Source of the DNA: an uncultured Actinomycetes bacterium
GTDB taxonomy: Bacteria > Actinomycetota > Thermoleophilia > RBG-16-64-13
Direction of reading: 5' to 3'
Assembly (NCBI GenBank): GCA_963706025.1
Contig: CAVPLM010000019.1
Coordinates: forward strand, 27,076 to 91,075
DNA length: 64,000 nucleotides
Below are positions 32,597 to 43,946 of the stretch, piece by piece. The notes beneath the pieces were generated by a model. The model searched no databases. It was not told the origin of the DNA and saw nothing but the letters and a program-made list of their open reading frames with translations. The first letter of the stretch is position 1, and every line of letters starts with the position of its first letter. A program made the position numbers and the translations under genes.

Positions 32597-32627
32597 TTGA
32601 CACACTCGGCCCCTCCCTCCGTATACT
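32597..32627 (+). promoter_or_regulatory. Putative sigma70-type promoter of the first molybdoenzyme operon
   Basis: TTGACA-19bp-TATACT; the spacer is slightly long. Confidence 0.45.
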
Positions 32628-32696
32628 GCAGCACAGGCGCGTCTGAGAGCAACCGGGCGACGATCCGAGCACATTGACGGGCCTGGGGAGATCACG

Positions 32697-33360
32697 GTGG
32701 AACAAACAATCACCTACTTCGAGAAGCCGGGGCCAGCCAATACCGACAGGACCCTCCGGCTGGCAGCGGAGCAGGCCAGGCTACGAGGCATCGGCAAAGT
32801 CATCCTCGCCTCTACGCGAGGCGTCACTGCCAAGCGGGCCGCGGCACTCTTTGCCGGCACCGGCATCAGGCTGATCATCGTGCCCCACCAGTACGGCTTT
32901 ACCGAGTCGCAACTTTTCCCTCCGGATTCTGGTAGCCGCGCTGGAGCAGCCGGGCCACAAAGTCCATTTCGGCACCATGCTCTTTCACACCGACAAGTTC
33001 TACGGCTCCGGAGCGCCTGAGGCCATGGCGATGGTCCAGCGTACCATCTGCCAGGGCATGAAAGTGTGCGTCGAGATCACGCTGATGGCGGCAGATAGCG
33101 GACATGTCACCCGCGGAGAAGAGGTCATCGCGGTATCCAGCACCCGTCGGAGGGCCGACACCGCGGTAGTCGCCATCGCGTCGACCTCCAGCAATCTCCA
33201 CGACCCGCACATCACCGAGATCCTCTGCAAGCCATTGCAGACGAAGTCCTGGGCCCGGGGTACTAGTCCCTACGACCCGCCGAATCCTACCCCGTCCTCA
33301 GCGAAGAACCGTACTAGTAAGGGGATGATTGATGACCGAATCGAGGAAGACCAGGGATAG
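32697..33360 (+). CDS. Stand-alone pyruvate kinase C-terminal-like (PK alpha/beta) domain protein (frameshift near 32920)
   Basis: ITYFEKPGPANTDRTL...ASTRGVTA; QGMKVCVEITLMAADSG...ADTAVV...EILCKP. Confidence 0.75.
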
Positions 33361-35963
33361 CAAGACGGTTCTGAAGGGCCTGGGTCAGTGCTCCTTCACC
33401 CGGAACGGCGACCCGGCGGCCATCGACGTCAAGGACGGCAAGATACTGCGCATCCGGCCCCTTCATTTCGAGGACAAGTACACCAAGGAAGAGATCAAGC
33501 CCTGGCGGATCGAGAAGGACGGCAAGGTCCTCGAACCCCAGCTCAAGAGCTACCTGGCCCCCTACATGCTCGCCTACAAGAAGCGCGTCTACTCCCCCAA
33601 CCGGATCCTCTATCCCCTCATCAGGGAAGACTGGGACCTCCGAACGGCCGGCGGCGCAACGAGGAGAACCGGGGCAAGAGCAAGTACAGGCGCATCTCCT
33701 GGGACGAGGCGACCGACCTCATCGCCGCCGAGATCAAGCGCGTCCGCGAGACCTACGGGCCCTACGCCGTTCTCTGCCACGGCGACGGCCACGGCGAGAC
33801 CAAGATGGTGCACGGTCCCCACTCCTGCCAGATGCTCCTCATGGAGAAGGTGGGCGGCTACACCCAGGCCGTCCGCAACGCCGACAGCTGGGAGGGCTGG
33901 TACTGGGGCGCCGAGCACGTGTGGGGCGAGGGCGTCCAGGGTCACAGCAGCCGACGCCGACAACGTGCTCAACGACATCACCCAGAACACCCAGATGCTG
34001 ATCGCCATCGGCTGCGACCTCGAGACCACGCCCTGGGGCTTCGGCGGCCAGTTCCCCAGCAACGTCTGCTACTTCTGGAACGACATCGGCATCAAGCAGA
34101 TCTCCATCGCCCCCGACCTCAACTACTACGCCGGCGTCCACGCCGACAAGTGGATCCCCATCCTGCCCAACACCGACGCCGCCCTGCATCTGGCCATCGC
34201 CTACACCTGGATCAAGGAGGGCACCTACGACAAGGAGTACGTCGACACCCACGTGGTCGGTTTCGAGCCGTTCCGAGCCTACGTGATGGGCGAGGAAGAC
34301 GGCGTGCCCAAGACCCCGGAGTGGGCGGCCGAGAAGACCGGCGTCTCCGAATGGACCATCAAGGCGCTGGCCCGCCAGTGGGCGGAGCAGGTCACCTCCA
34401 CGCTGCACTACTACGGCGGCTCCTACATCCGCGGCCCTTACTGCCACGAGCCGGCGCGCCTGGAGTGTCTGCCTCGTGGGCATGCAGGGGATGGGCAAGC
34501 CCGGCGTGCACGTCTACAACAAGATGGCCGACGGGCTGACCCAGCTCGACCTGCCCCGGCCGGAGATAGCTGCTCAAGCTGGACGTCATCCGCAGCAAGG
34601 TGTGGAGCGGCCGTCCGCTGCTCGAGCTCACGCCCGCAGATCATCCCCAAGACCCAACTCCACCAGGCCATCCTCGACGGCCGCCGGTGAGTCGTGGGGC
34701 AGCACCTCGCTCTACGCGCACATCGACGATCAGTTCAAGAAGTACACCTATCCCATCCCCAAGGAAGAGGGCGGCAGCGAGGTCCACATGATGTGGATGG
34801 ACAACCCCTGCCGCAGCACCTGCTGGAACAACAGCATGGAGTCCATCCAGGCCTTCCGCAGCCCCAAGCTGGAGATGCATCGTGGTGCAGCACCCCTGGC
34901 TGGAGAACGACACCATCTACGCCGACATCATCCTGCCCATCAACACCAAGCTCGAAGAGCGAGGACTTCGCCCAGATCTCGCAGCGCCTCGCCCCTGAAG
35001 GGCATCGCCATCGAGGAGCAGGCCATCGAGCCGCTGGGCGAATCGCTGAGCGACTACGAGGCCGCCGGCGAGGTGGCCAAGAAGCTGGGCCTCTACGAGG
35101 AGTACACCGACGGCATGACCGTGCGACGAGAAGATCAAGTGGGGCTACGAGGTCTCGGGTTGCGCCGAAGCCATCAGCTGGGACGAGCTCGAACGAGAAG
35201 GGCTACTACTACATCCCCACCGAGGACGACTGGGAGAAGTACCCGGCCGGCATGCGGCTCTTCTACGAAGATCCCGAGAAGCCAATCCCTTGAAGACCCC
35301 CACCGGCAAGCTGGAGTTCTTCTCCCAGCGCCTGGCCGACCATTTCCCCGACGACGAGGAACGTCCGCCCTATCCCAAGTGGATCGAGAAGGGCCCCAGC
35401 CACGACGAGCGCCTCTCCAGCGAGCGGGCGAAGAAGTATCCGCTCCTCCTGGTGAGCAACCACGCCCGCTGGAGGACCCATGCCGAGAACGACGACATCA
35501 CCTGGACCCGGGAGATCCGCACCTGCAAGGTCAAGGGCTACGACGGCTACATGTACGAGCCGGTGTGGATCCATCCCGACGATGCCGCGGCCCGAGGCAT
35601 CAAGGACGGCGACATCGTCAAGCTCATCAACGAGCGGGGCACCGTTCTGGGCGGCGCCTCGTGTGGGAGCGCATCATGCCGGGCGTCACCTACCAGGATC
35701 ACGGGGCCCGGGCCGACATGATCTCGCACCGAGGCCGGCAACTCCATCGACCGCGGCGGGGCGAACAACCTCATCTCCCCGGCCAACGGCACCTCCCAGA
35801 ACTGCTGGGGCATGGCCACGAGCGGCTTCCTGGTCGACGTGCAGAAGGTGACCATGGCCGAGATGGAGGAGTGGCGGGAGAAGTATCCCTGAGGCCTTCA
35901 AGCGGGACTACGCGCCGGCCGCGGGTCTGCGCTTACACGAGCTGGATCAGAGGAGAGGAGTAG
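33332..35963 (+). CDS. Molybdopterin oxidoreductase, transhydroxylase-like large subunit #1 (many frameshifts)
   Basis: DVKDGKILRIRP, RVYSPNRILYPL, ISWDEA, RNADSWEGWYWG, DGVPKTPEWA, KTPTGKLEF, DRGGANN; no Tat signal and no N-terminal Fe-S motif. Confidence 0.85.
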
Positions 35964-35965
35964 TC

Positions 35966-36824
35966 GTGGGCAAGAAGGTCTTCATCGTCGACATAGCCCG
36001 CTGCAACGGTTGCTATTGCTGCCAGATCGCCTGCAAGGACGAGCACGTGGGCAACGACTGGTCGCCGTACGCCAAGCCGCAGCCCGACACCGGCCAGTTC
36101 TGGCTGCAAGCTGAACGAGTACGTGCGCGGCACCGTGCCCAAGGTGAAGCTCCACTACGTGGCGGTGCCCTGCCAGCACTGCGACCGAGGCCCCCTGCCT
36201 CGAGGCCTGCCCGGTCGAGGGCGCCATCTACAAGCGCGAAGACGGCCTGGTCATCATCGACCCCCAGAAGTGCACCGGCTGCCGAGAGTGCCTGCTCTCC
36301 TGCCCGTACGACGCCCTCTTCTTCAACGACGACCTCAACATCGCGCAGAAGTGCACCGGTTGCGCCCACCTGCTCGACGAGGGCTGGACCGTGCCCCGCT
36401 GCGTGGACATCTGCCCCACCGGGCGCGATCAAGTTCGGCGACGAGTCCGAGTTCGCCGCCGAGATCGCCAAGGCCACCCTGCTCGGGCCCGGCGGACGAG
36501 ACCAAGCCGCGCGTCTACTACCTGAACATGCCCAAGCGATTCATCGGCGGCCTGGTCTACGACCCGGTCGAGAAGGAGATCGTCGAGGGGCGCACGCTGC
36601 ACTCTGGTCGACGCCGACCGGCGAGAAGCGGTCGTGACCGAGACCGATGGCTTCGGCGACTTCTGGTTCAAGGATCTGGAGGAAGGAACGTTCTCGCTCA
36701 CCATCGAGGCGGAGGGTTTCGCTCCCGTCGGACATACGCATCGCTGGACACCAGCGACGACGTCAACCTGGGCGAGATCGCATTGGCAAAGCAAGGGCCC
36801 GTACCCCTTGCCGGTTTTCGCTGA
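35966..36824 (+). CDS. Fe-S small subunit (BthL/DmsB-like) with C-terminal beta-sandwich domain #1 (frameshifts)
   Basis: CNGCYCCQIACKDEHVGNDW, CQHCD, CTGCRECLLSCPY, KCTGCAH, ETDGFGDFWF, VNLGEIAL. Confidence 0.85.
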
Positions 36825-36949
36825 CCCGGGCGGGAAGCATCGGCAGACTGCGTGTCTTAGAGCCAAGCAGGCGCCCGGTGACGGCTGCGCATGCCTAAGC
36901 GGCCTGACCTCCCCCAAGTGCTTCCAGGAGTAGTCGCCGGCCCGAGGGA

Positions 36950-38933
36950 TCAGTCGCTCAATCGACTAGTTTTGCCGCCAGGTGTCCCTCGTGGATGGCG
37001 TCGTAGATCTTGCGGGGGCTCACGCAATCGCCAGCTTCGAGGACGCGCAAGGACTGGGTCGCTCCGTAGGCCCTCGATCAGCTCGCGGTTGGGTCTGAAG
37101 CCCGCGGCCAGGACCACGGAGTCGGCGGCGATGGCGGTCTCCTTGCCGGATCGGTCGGCCACGGTGATGCCGGTGTCGGTCACAGCGACCAGCCGCTGCC
37201 CCGTGTTGATGGTGACCTTCAGCGGCTGGAAGCGCTCCTCGTACACCTGGCGCTCGTCGAAGGTGATGTTGCACATGAACTCGTCGAGCATCTCGACGAA
37301 GATGACCTCTTTGCCCTGTTCGGCCAGGACGAGCCCCACCTCGGTGCCCACGATGCCGCCGCCGATGACCGCCACCGTGTCGCCGACCGTGGCTTCGCCG
37401 TGTAGCACCGCTGCGGCCGAGACCACTTTTGGATCGCCGATGCCGGGGATGTCCTCCAGCCCGAGAGCGGTCGCCCCGGTGGCCACGATGACCGCGTCGT
37501 AGGGGCTGCCACCGCCCGAGGCGTCACGCCCGGACCGCCGGTCAGGTCGGCGAGCGTGGCTTCCTTCGGCACCACGGTGATCCCCAGCTTCTCCACCTGC
37601 GTCCTCAGGTAGGCGACAAGGGGCTTCAGGTCGGGAGCTTTGAACTCGGGGATGGAGGCCTCGAGAAGCGCGCCGCCCAGCTCCCGCTTCTCGTAGAGAG
37701 TCACGGCATGGCCCTTCAGCGCGCAGACCCGGGCCGCTTCCATGCCGGCGGGTCCGCCCCCGACCACGGCCACCCTCATCGGGCGCACGGCCGGGGTGAT
37801 CTTGAACTCCTCTTCCCGGCACAGGGCGACGTTGACGCTGCAGGAGACCGTGTTCGCCATGTGGTCGCCGCGGGCGAGGCAGCCGTCGTTGCAGCGGATG
37901 CAGGGCCGGATGTCCTCCGGCCTGCCTTCTTTCGCCTTGAGCGGCCACTGCGGGTCGGCCCAGAGCGGCCGGCCCAGACCGATGAAGTCGCCCTTGCCTT
38001 CGGCCAGGATGCTCTCGGCCAGATCGGGCAGGTTGATGGAGCCCGAGGCGATCACGGGAGCTTGACCACCTTCTTCACCGCTTCCGCCGCCCACACGTTG
38101 TGGGCCAGGGACATCCCCATGGGGCTCACTTCGTGGATGGTGGTGTGGTGGATGCCGCCGGACATGTGGATGGCCGCTACTCCCCGGGCTTCCAGCCGCT
38201 TGGAGAGCTCGATGGTCTCTTCGATCGTGTGCCCTCCGGGCTCGTAGTCGGTGCCGCTCAGCCGCACGCACACGGGATAGTCGGGGCCGACCTGGGCTTT
38301 GATCTCCTTGACGATCTCGAGCAGCAGGCGCATGCGGTTCTCGAGCGGGCCGCCGTACCAGTCGGTGCGCTTGTTGGTGTAGGGTGAGAGGAAGTTCGAG
38401 ATGAGGTAGCCGTGGCAGGCGTGGATCTCCACCATGTCGAAGCCGGCCGTCTGCGCCCGCTTGGCCGCCTGGCCGAAGGCCTTCACGACCTCCTTGATCT
38501 CGTCGATGGTCATGGGCACCGGGATGGGGCAGCCGGCCGCGGTGATCTCCGGCCAGGGGACGTCGGAGGCGGCCTTGGGCTGCTCCAGGATGAACCGCTG
38601 CCTGCCCGCGTGCGAGATCTGGATGGCCGGCACCGCCCCGTTCGCCTTGATCGTATCCGCGAGCAGGGACAGCCCGGGGATGTGGTCCATCCGGGCGATG
38701 CCGAGCTGGCAGGGAGAGGCCTGGCTGGCGTCGTTGTCCACCCAGGCGTACTCGACGATGACCATGGCCGCGCCGCCCTGCGCCACTTCCTTGTAGTAGC
38801 GGAGCAGGCGGTCGGTGATGGAGCCGTCGGGATTGGCGAGCCCGGTGTGCTGCGGGGCCTTGACGATCCGGTTCTTGAGCGTGACGTTGCCGATCCGGCC
38901 CGGCTCGAACAGACGGGGGAAACTGGTTTGCAT
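36950..38933 (-). CDS. Fe-S/FAD-containing NADH:flavin oxidoreductase (OYE; enoate reductase/BaiCD/Fcr class; frameshifts)
   Basis: LKNRIVKAP, EIHACHGYLISNFLSP, RTDWYGG, CIRCNDGC...CSVN, VVGGGPAGMEAA. Confidence 0.88.
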
Positions 38934-39205
38934 TGGCTCATTTCTCCTTTCCGCCGTGATGCGACCCAGGCCGGGTCATGACCTGTTCACGGCTGTTTGG
39001 ATCGTCGTCCCTGCCTCACCAATCTCCCATCCGCATCCTCCTGGGCGTCCCTTCTCCTGCTCGGGTAGTCAGCGATGGGCTCGACAATGCACCATGCCGT
39101 ATTGCCGGCGTCGTATCGTTCATTCTATGAATCAAATGATACTTCTTCCGGGCGAGCTGGCGAATCCGGCTCGTCGGCGCCGTTCTTCGGCCGATTCTCC
39201 CGGGG

Positions 39206-39808
39206 CTAGAGATGGGCTATGACGTCGTCGGCGGTCGTGACGAGCGCAATCGCCGGGATCATCGACTTGATGACCACCTCGTGCAGTTCCCTATTGCCGT
39301 CGGTGGTGGTATCCGAAGGGACGATGAGGTTGTACAGACGGTCGGCCAGAGCGAAAGCGGCCGTAGCCACGGACATGCCCGTGGCTACCCCCGTCAGCAC
39401 CACGGTCTCTACCCCCTGCTCGACTAGATACTGTTCGAGATCGGTACCCCGGAAGACGTTGAACACCCAGTTGTAGAACACCGGCTCCCCAGCCACCGGC
39501 GCAAGCTCATCGATGACCTCCACGTCCCGCGTGCCCACATAGTTGGTCTTCGACTCCTTCGTTCCCATCCAAAACGGACCGTACACGGGCAACTTGGCGT
39601 CCACCGGAGTATGGGCGCAGACGAAAATCACCGGCAAGCCCTTTGCGCGGAATGCCTTCTGCAAGCCTTGCATCTTGGGGACGACCCCGTCCTCCCGGAT
39701 GGCCCGGCAGTGCCCGAGCACCTCCAGAGGACTGGGCGCCTTGCAGATGGCGTTCTGCATGTGGACCAGCAGCAGCGCTGGCTTCCCGACCATCTCCCAT
39801 TCGCTCAT
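39206..39808 (-). CDS. Isochorismatase/cysteine hydrolase fold protein with non-canonical catalytic residues
   Basis: ALLLVHMQN, VIDELAP, FRGTDLEQYL, VLTGVATGMSV, IVPSDTT. Confidence 0.75.
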   Translation of the reverse strand: MSEWEMVGKPALLLVHMQNAICKAPSPLEVLGHCRAIREDGVVPKMQGLQKAFRAKGLPVIFVCAHTPVDAKLPVYGPFWMGTKESKTNYVGTRDVEVIDELAPVAGEPVFYNWVFNVFRGTDLEQYLVEQGVETVVLTGVATGMSVATAAFALADRLYNLIVPSDTTTDGNRELHEVVIKSMIPAIALVTTADDVIAHL

Positions 39809-39863
39809 CGCCTTCTCCCTTCGCCCAACAAGGTGCGGTGTGCTCCAACCGTTCAGGAGTCTT

Positions 39864-40163
39864 TCATTCCGAAGAGTCTTCCATTGGCCAGTTGTAGACA
39901 AATATTTGCTCGCTATCAACAACGGTGCGCTTCCAATCAATACCATCCCGTAGCAACTCGCCGCCGACGAGCAATGCGAATTCAGGTTTGATTTCGTTGC
40001 CGTCAGCGATCAAATCAAAAAGCGTGCAATCACTTCCCTTGAGGCCGGTTGCTCTGAGAACATTCTCGATGGTCGCACTCGATCGGTCCACTCTTATCTC
40101 GCGTGCTCGCCAGCCGGCGGCATTGGCGGCATAGTCCGACATCATGTTCACTATCGCTCTCAA
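39864..40163 (-). CDS. MoaD/ThiS-like beta-grasp protein lacking the C-terminal GG
   Basis: 99 aa; pattern AAG.R.REI.V....TIENVL...LLVGG......T.V.D.EQIFV resembles MoaD/SAMP proteins; ends PMEDSSE. Confidence 0.5.
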   Translation of the reverse strand: MRAIVNMMSDYAANAAGWRAREIRVDRSSATIENVLRATGLKGSDCTLFDLIADGNEIKPEFALLVGGELLRDGIDWKRTVVDSEQIFVYNWPMEDSSE

Positions 40164-40218
40164 AAGTTGCCCCCTTGCTCCGGAGACACTGACTGCAGAC
40201 AGCAGGGAACATTAGACG

Positions 40219-41046
40219 CTACGTGGGCTCCCGGTCCATGGCAATATCGCCAAGGTTGATGTCCTTTTTCGACTGTGGCCGGCCCCAGTTCTTTCTTAAC
40301 GTAACCCGCCTTTTCCATAGAAACGAGATACGTTCCCTTGGGCAGCCCATCCACCAGGAAATCGCCGAACTCATCGGTTCGGACGGTTGCCCGGGTATCC
40401 TCGAGAACGAGTTCGAGGGTGACCAGCGCATCCTCAATGATTTCGTCGGCCTCGGGGTCATAGACAGTGCCCGCGATGAATGTTTTCGGTAGGCCGATGT
40501 AGTAGACGCGTGGCTTGGCACCCAGTTCGGGATGCAGCATCGGCCCTGGCGATTAACCCTGCGAACTCCTCTTCCTCCCCGAAGGTGAAGGCTCCGGTGG
40601 GGCAAGCTTCGGAACAACGGGTATCAGTCCACCCCTTGTCCAGCAAATGGGCGCAGAAGGTACATTTCTGGGCGATCTTCAGGTCTTTCATTAAAGTAGA
40701 TCACGCCCTGGTAGGGGCAGGCTTCCACACAGTCATGACTGCCCTCACAGATCTGTGGATCGATCACGACCAGTCCGTCATCCCTTTTGTAGATGGCCTT
40801 TTTGGGACAGGCCTTGATGCACGGAGCATCGTCGCAATGCTGACAGATCGTATGCTCGTACGCCACCTTGACCTTGGGAACCTGGCCGCGCACCTGGTCA
40901 ACCACCTTGGTCCAGAACTGGCCGGTGAGCGGCTGGGGTTTCGCGACGGGAGACCAGTCGTTCCCGCAGTGCTCGTCCTTACAGGCGATCTGGCAGTTGT
41001 GACAGCCGTTGCACTTGGTAATGTCGATTATCATTACCTTGCCCAT
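40219..41046 (-). CDS. Fe-S small subunit (BthL-like) #2 (frameshifts)
   Basis: CNGCHNCQIACKDEHCGNDW, CQHCDDAPC, KCTFCAH, RTDEFGDFLV, INLGDI. Confidence 0.85.
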
Positions 41047-41047
41047 G

Positions 41048-43633
41048 TCACTCGCCTCCCTCCAGGACACGCTCCAGGCGGAGACCGGCGTCGGCCTGAT
41101 ACGGCCGGCTGAAGGCTTCGGGATATGCTTTCCGCAACTCTTCGAGATGGGCGAGTTCCACCTCGACCAGGAAGCCGCTGCAAACCATGCCGGCGGCGTT
41201 CTTGGAGGTGAGGTTATGCGGGGTGATGGTGTTGATCGCGCCGCCCCGGTCCAGCACTCCGGGGACGATGGGGTCCCAGCGTGCGCCGTGATCGATGTAG
41301 ACCGCGCCCGGTCTAATTCGCTCGGTGACCCAGGCCCCGGCCAGAACGGAGCCTCTTTCGTTGAAGATCTGGTACCACGTCGCCATCGACGATGTTCCTG
41401 GGGGCCGCATCGGAGGGATGGATCCACAGCGGCTCGTAGTAGTAACCGTCGGGACCCTTCACTTTGCAGGTGTGGATCTCGCGCAGCCAGGTCATGTCGT
41501 CGTGCTGCGAATGCACCCTCCACCGCGGGTGGTTGGTGATGACCAGCAGAGGGAACTTCTTGCCTCGCTTGCCATCCCGGCTCTCCTGGTGAGATTCCCC
41601 TTCCGCTATCCACTTCGGCATCGGCGGGTCGCTCCGCGTCATCGGGGAAGTGCTCAGCCAGGCGAGAGGAATAGAACTCGATCTTCCCGCTGGGGGTGGT
41701 GAGGGGGCTCTTCTCCGGATCCTCGTAGAAACCGAGCAGCCCGGCTTTGTTCTTCTGCCAGTCCTCGTCCTGCGGGACGACGTAGTACCCCTCCTGCTTG
41801 AGCTTGTCGTAGGTGATCTCTCCAGCGGCGCCGGAATTCTCCCAGCCGACCTTGATCCACTCCTTGACAGTCTTGCCCTCCGTGTATTCCTCCAGGATGC
41901 CGAACCGTTCGGCGATCGGCGCAGACTATCTCGTAGTCGCTTTTTGACTCGCCCCTAGGCTGGATGGCCTTGGGCTGATAGAAGAGACAATGGAACTGGC
42001 CGCTCATCGCCTCCGTGCCGATGTCGTCGGTTTCCATTACCGTCAAGGAGGGGAGCACCAGGTCGGCCAGCATGCAGTCGTTCTCCATCCACGGGTGCTG
42101 GGCCAGCACGAACTCGATCTTGGGGTTCTGCAGCGCCCGGACGTAGGAGTTGGTATCGTTCCAGCACGTGACCCATGACGGGGTGTCGGTCCAGATCATG
42201 TGAATCTCGGTCCCGCCCTCGCGGGGGTAGGTGTACTTGATGAACTGCTGTTCCACGTTGTCGCGCGAAAGCGTGGTGCCGTACCAGTTGATCGGCGGGT
42301 TGAGTATCGCCTCGTGGATCAGGTCCTTGGGGATGAATTGCGGGGGAGTATCGGTGTACTTCCACCCGCGGTTAGCCCCAAGCAGGGCCGGGTAATACTT
42401 GGGCCCGGGGAGGGGATTTCTGGACTTCTTGTTGTAGAGGCCCCACTCGATCATCTTAAACTGATGCACGCCGGGCTTGCCCACGCCCTGCATCGCAAGG
42501 AGCAGGACCTGCAGTCTGGCCGGCTCAGTGGCATAGGGGCCTCTGATCCCGGGGCCGCCGTTACCAATAGCTATCGAGACAGTCCTCTTGCCCCAATACC
42601 GGGCCAGAGCCTTGATTGTATAGGAGGGCACACCGGTGATGGGAGCCGCCCATTGGGGGTCTTGGGAACACCGTCTTCCTTCCCCAGGACATAGTCCCGG
42701 AACTTGTCAAACCCGACGGTGTGGCTCTTCACGTATTCCTCGTCGTAGGTGCCTTCGGTCAGCCAGACATATGCGATCGCCAGATAGAGGGCGGCATCGG
42801 TGTTGGGCAACACCGGGACCCATTTGTCGGCATGTACCGCCGCGCCGTAGTTCAGATCCGGGGCGATGTAGATGGATTTGATACCGATGTCCGTGAACCA
42901 GTAGCACAGACGACTGGCCAGTTGCCCGTTAAAACCCCAAGGAGTGGTCTCCGGGTCGCAGCCCCAGAACAGGATCCCGTCGGTGTTCTTGGAGACATCC
43001 CACATAACATTGGTGACCGGCATCATCTGTCCCAAGGTTCTCGCCCCCCCATACGTGCTTGGCGCCCCAGTACCAGCCTTCCCAGCTGTCGGTGTTGCGA
43101 GTCTGCAGCGTATAGCCACCCAGCAGCTTGAGCAGCCGCCGATTGCAGCCGTGAGCGGAATGGACGCACTTCGTCTCCCCGTGTCCGTCTGACTGGGAGA
43201 GGATGGCCTCCATGCCGTACTGCTTCTTGATTCGCTTGATCTCCCCCACCACGATGTCCAGGGCTTCATCCCAGGAGATGCGCTCGTACCCGCTGATTCC
43301 GCGGTTCTGCGGGTTTCGCTCCCCTTTGGGGTCCCAGTCCGCTCTCTTGAGAGGGTAAAGGACCCTGTTCGGGGAGTAGACCCGGTTCTTGTAGCCGAGA
43401 GTGAAGGGAGGGATCAGAGACTTCATCGAGGGAGAAAAGGTCTTGCCCCGGGCAGTCATCTTCCAGGGTTCGATGTCCGGGTACTTCCAGTCATAGTGGA
43501 GTGGCCGGATGCGGACGATCTTGCCCTCGTCGCACTCCACCTGCACGCTGTTTGAGTCAGCAGCGATTGAGCAGAAGGCGAGCCCACGGACTACCGTCCT
43601 CTGCCCGTGCTTCTCCTTCTCCGTTTCTGACAT
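41048..43633 (-). CDS. Molybdopterin oxidoreductase, transhydroxylase-like large subunit #2 (frameshifts)
   Basis: GKIVRIRPLH, DGHGETKCVH, RNTDSWEGWYWG, HPRWRVHSQ, DRGGAINTITP. Confidence 0.85.
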
Positions 43634-43946
43634 CTGTCCGCAACCTCCGTTACCGCTAGATCAACACGAGCGCACAAGGAGTCAGGCGAGACTCTCTCGT
43701 GCTGGCCATCGCCCAGGCATCCCGACCGGTGAGCCTGGTGTTGGCCAGCGATGTCAATAATGGTGTAGCTGGAGAGCCAGGGAGCTGCTTGGCCGCACTC
43801 TTCGTTGCGAGCAGGGTTGTATTACGACGGTAGGCTCGTCTGGGAGCATGCACCTTCGGCACGGTCAGCGCGTGGCCCTAGTTGCGCCTGTTTGCCTTTC
43901 TGCGGCTGCTGGAACACTCAGTCGCTCGTTTCCGGGATTGGACAGA

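Noticed and set aside
33332-43633. Programmed frameshifting or mass pseudogenisation of the Mo operons
   Set aside because: The indels are scattered without slippery-site patterns, and protein motifs stay intact on both sides, which fits sequencing error better.
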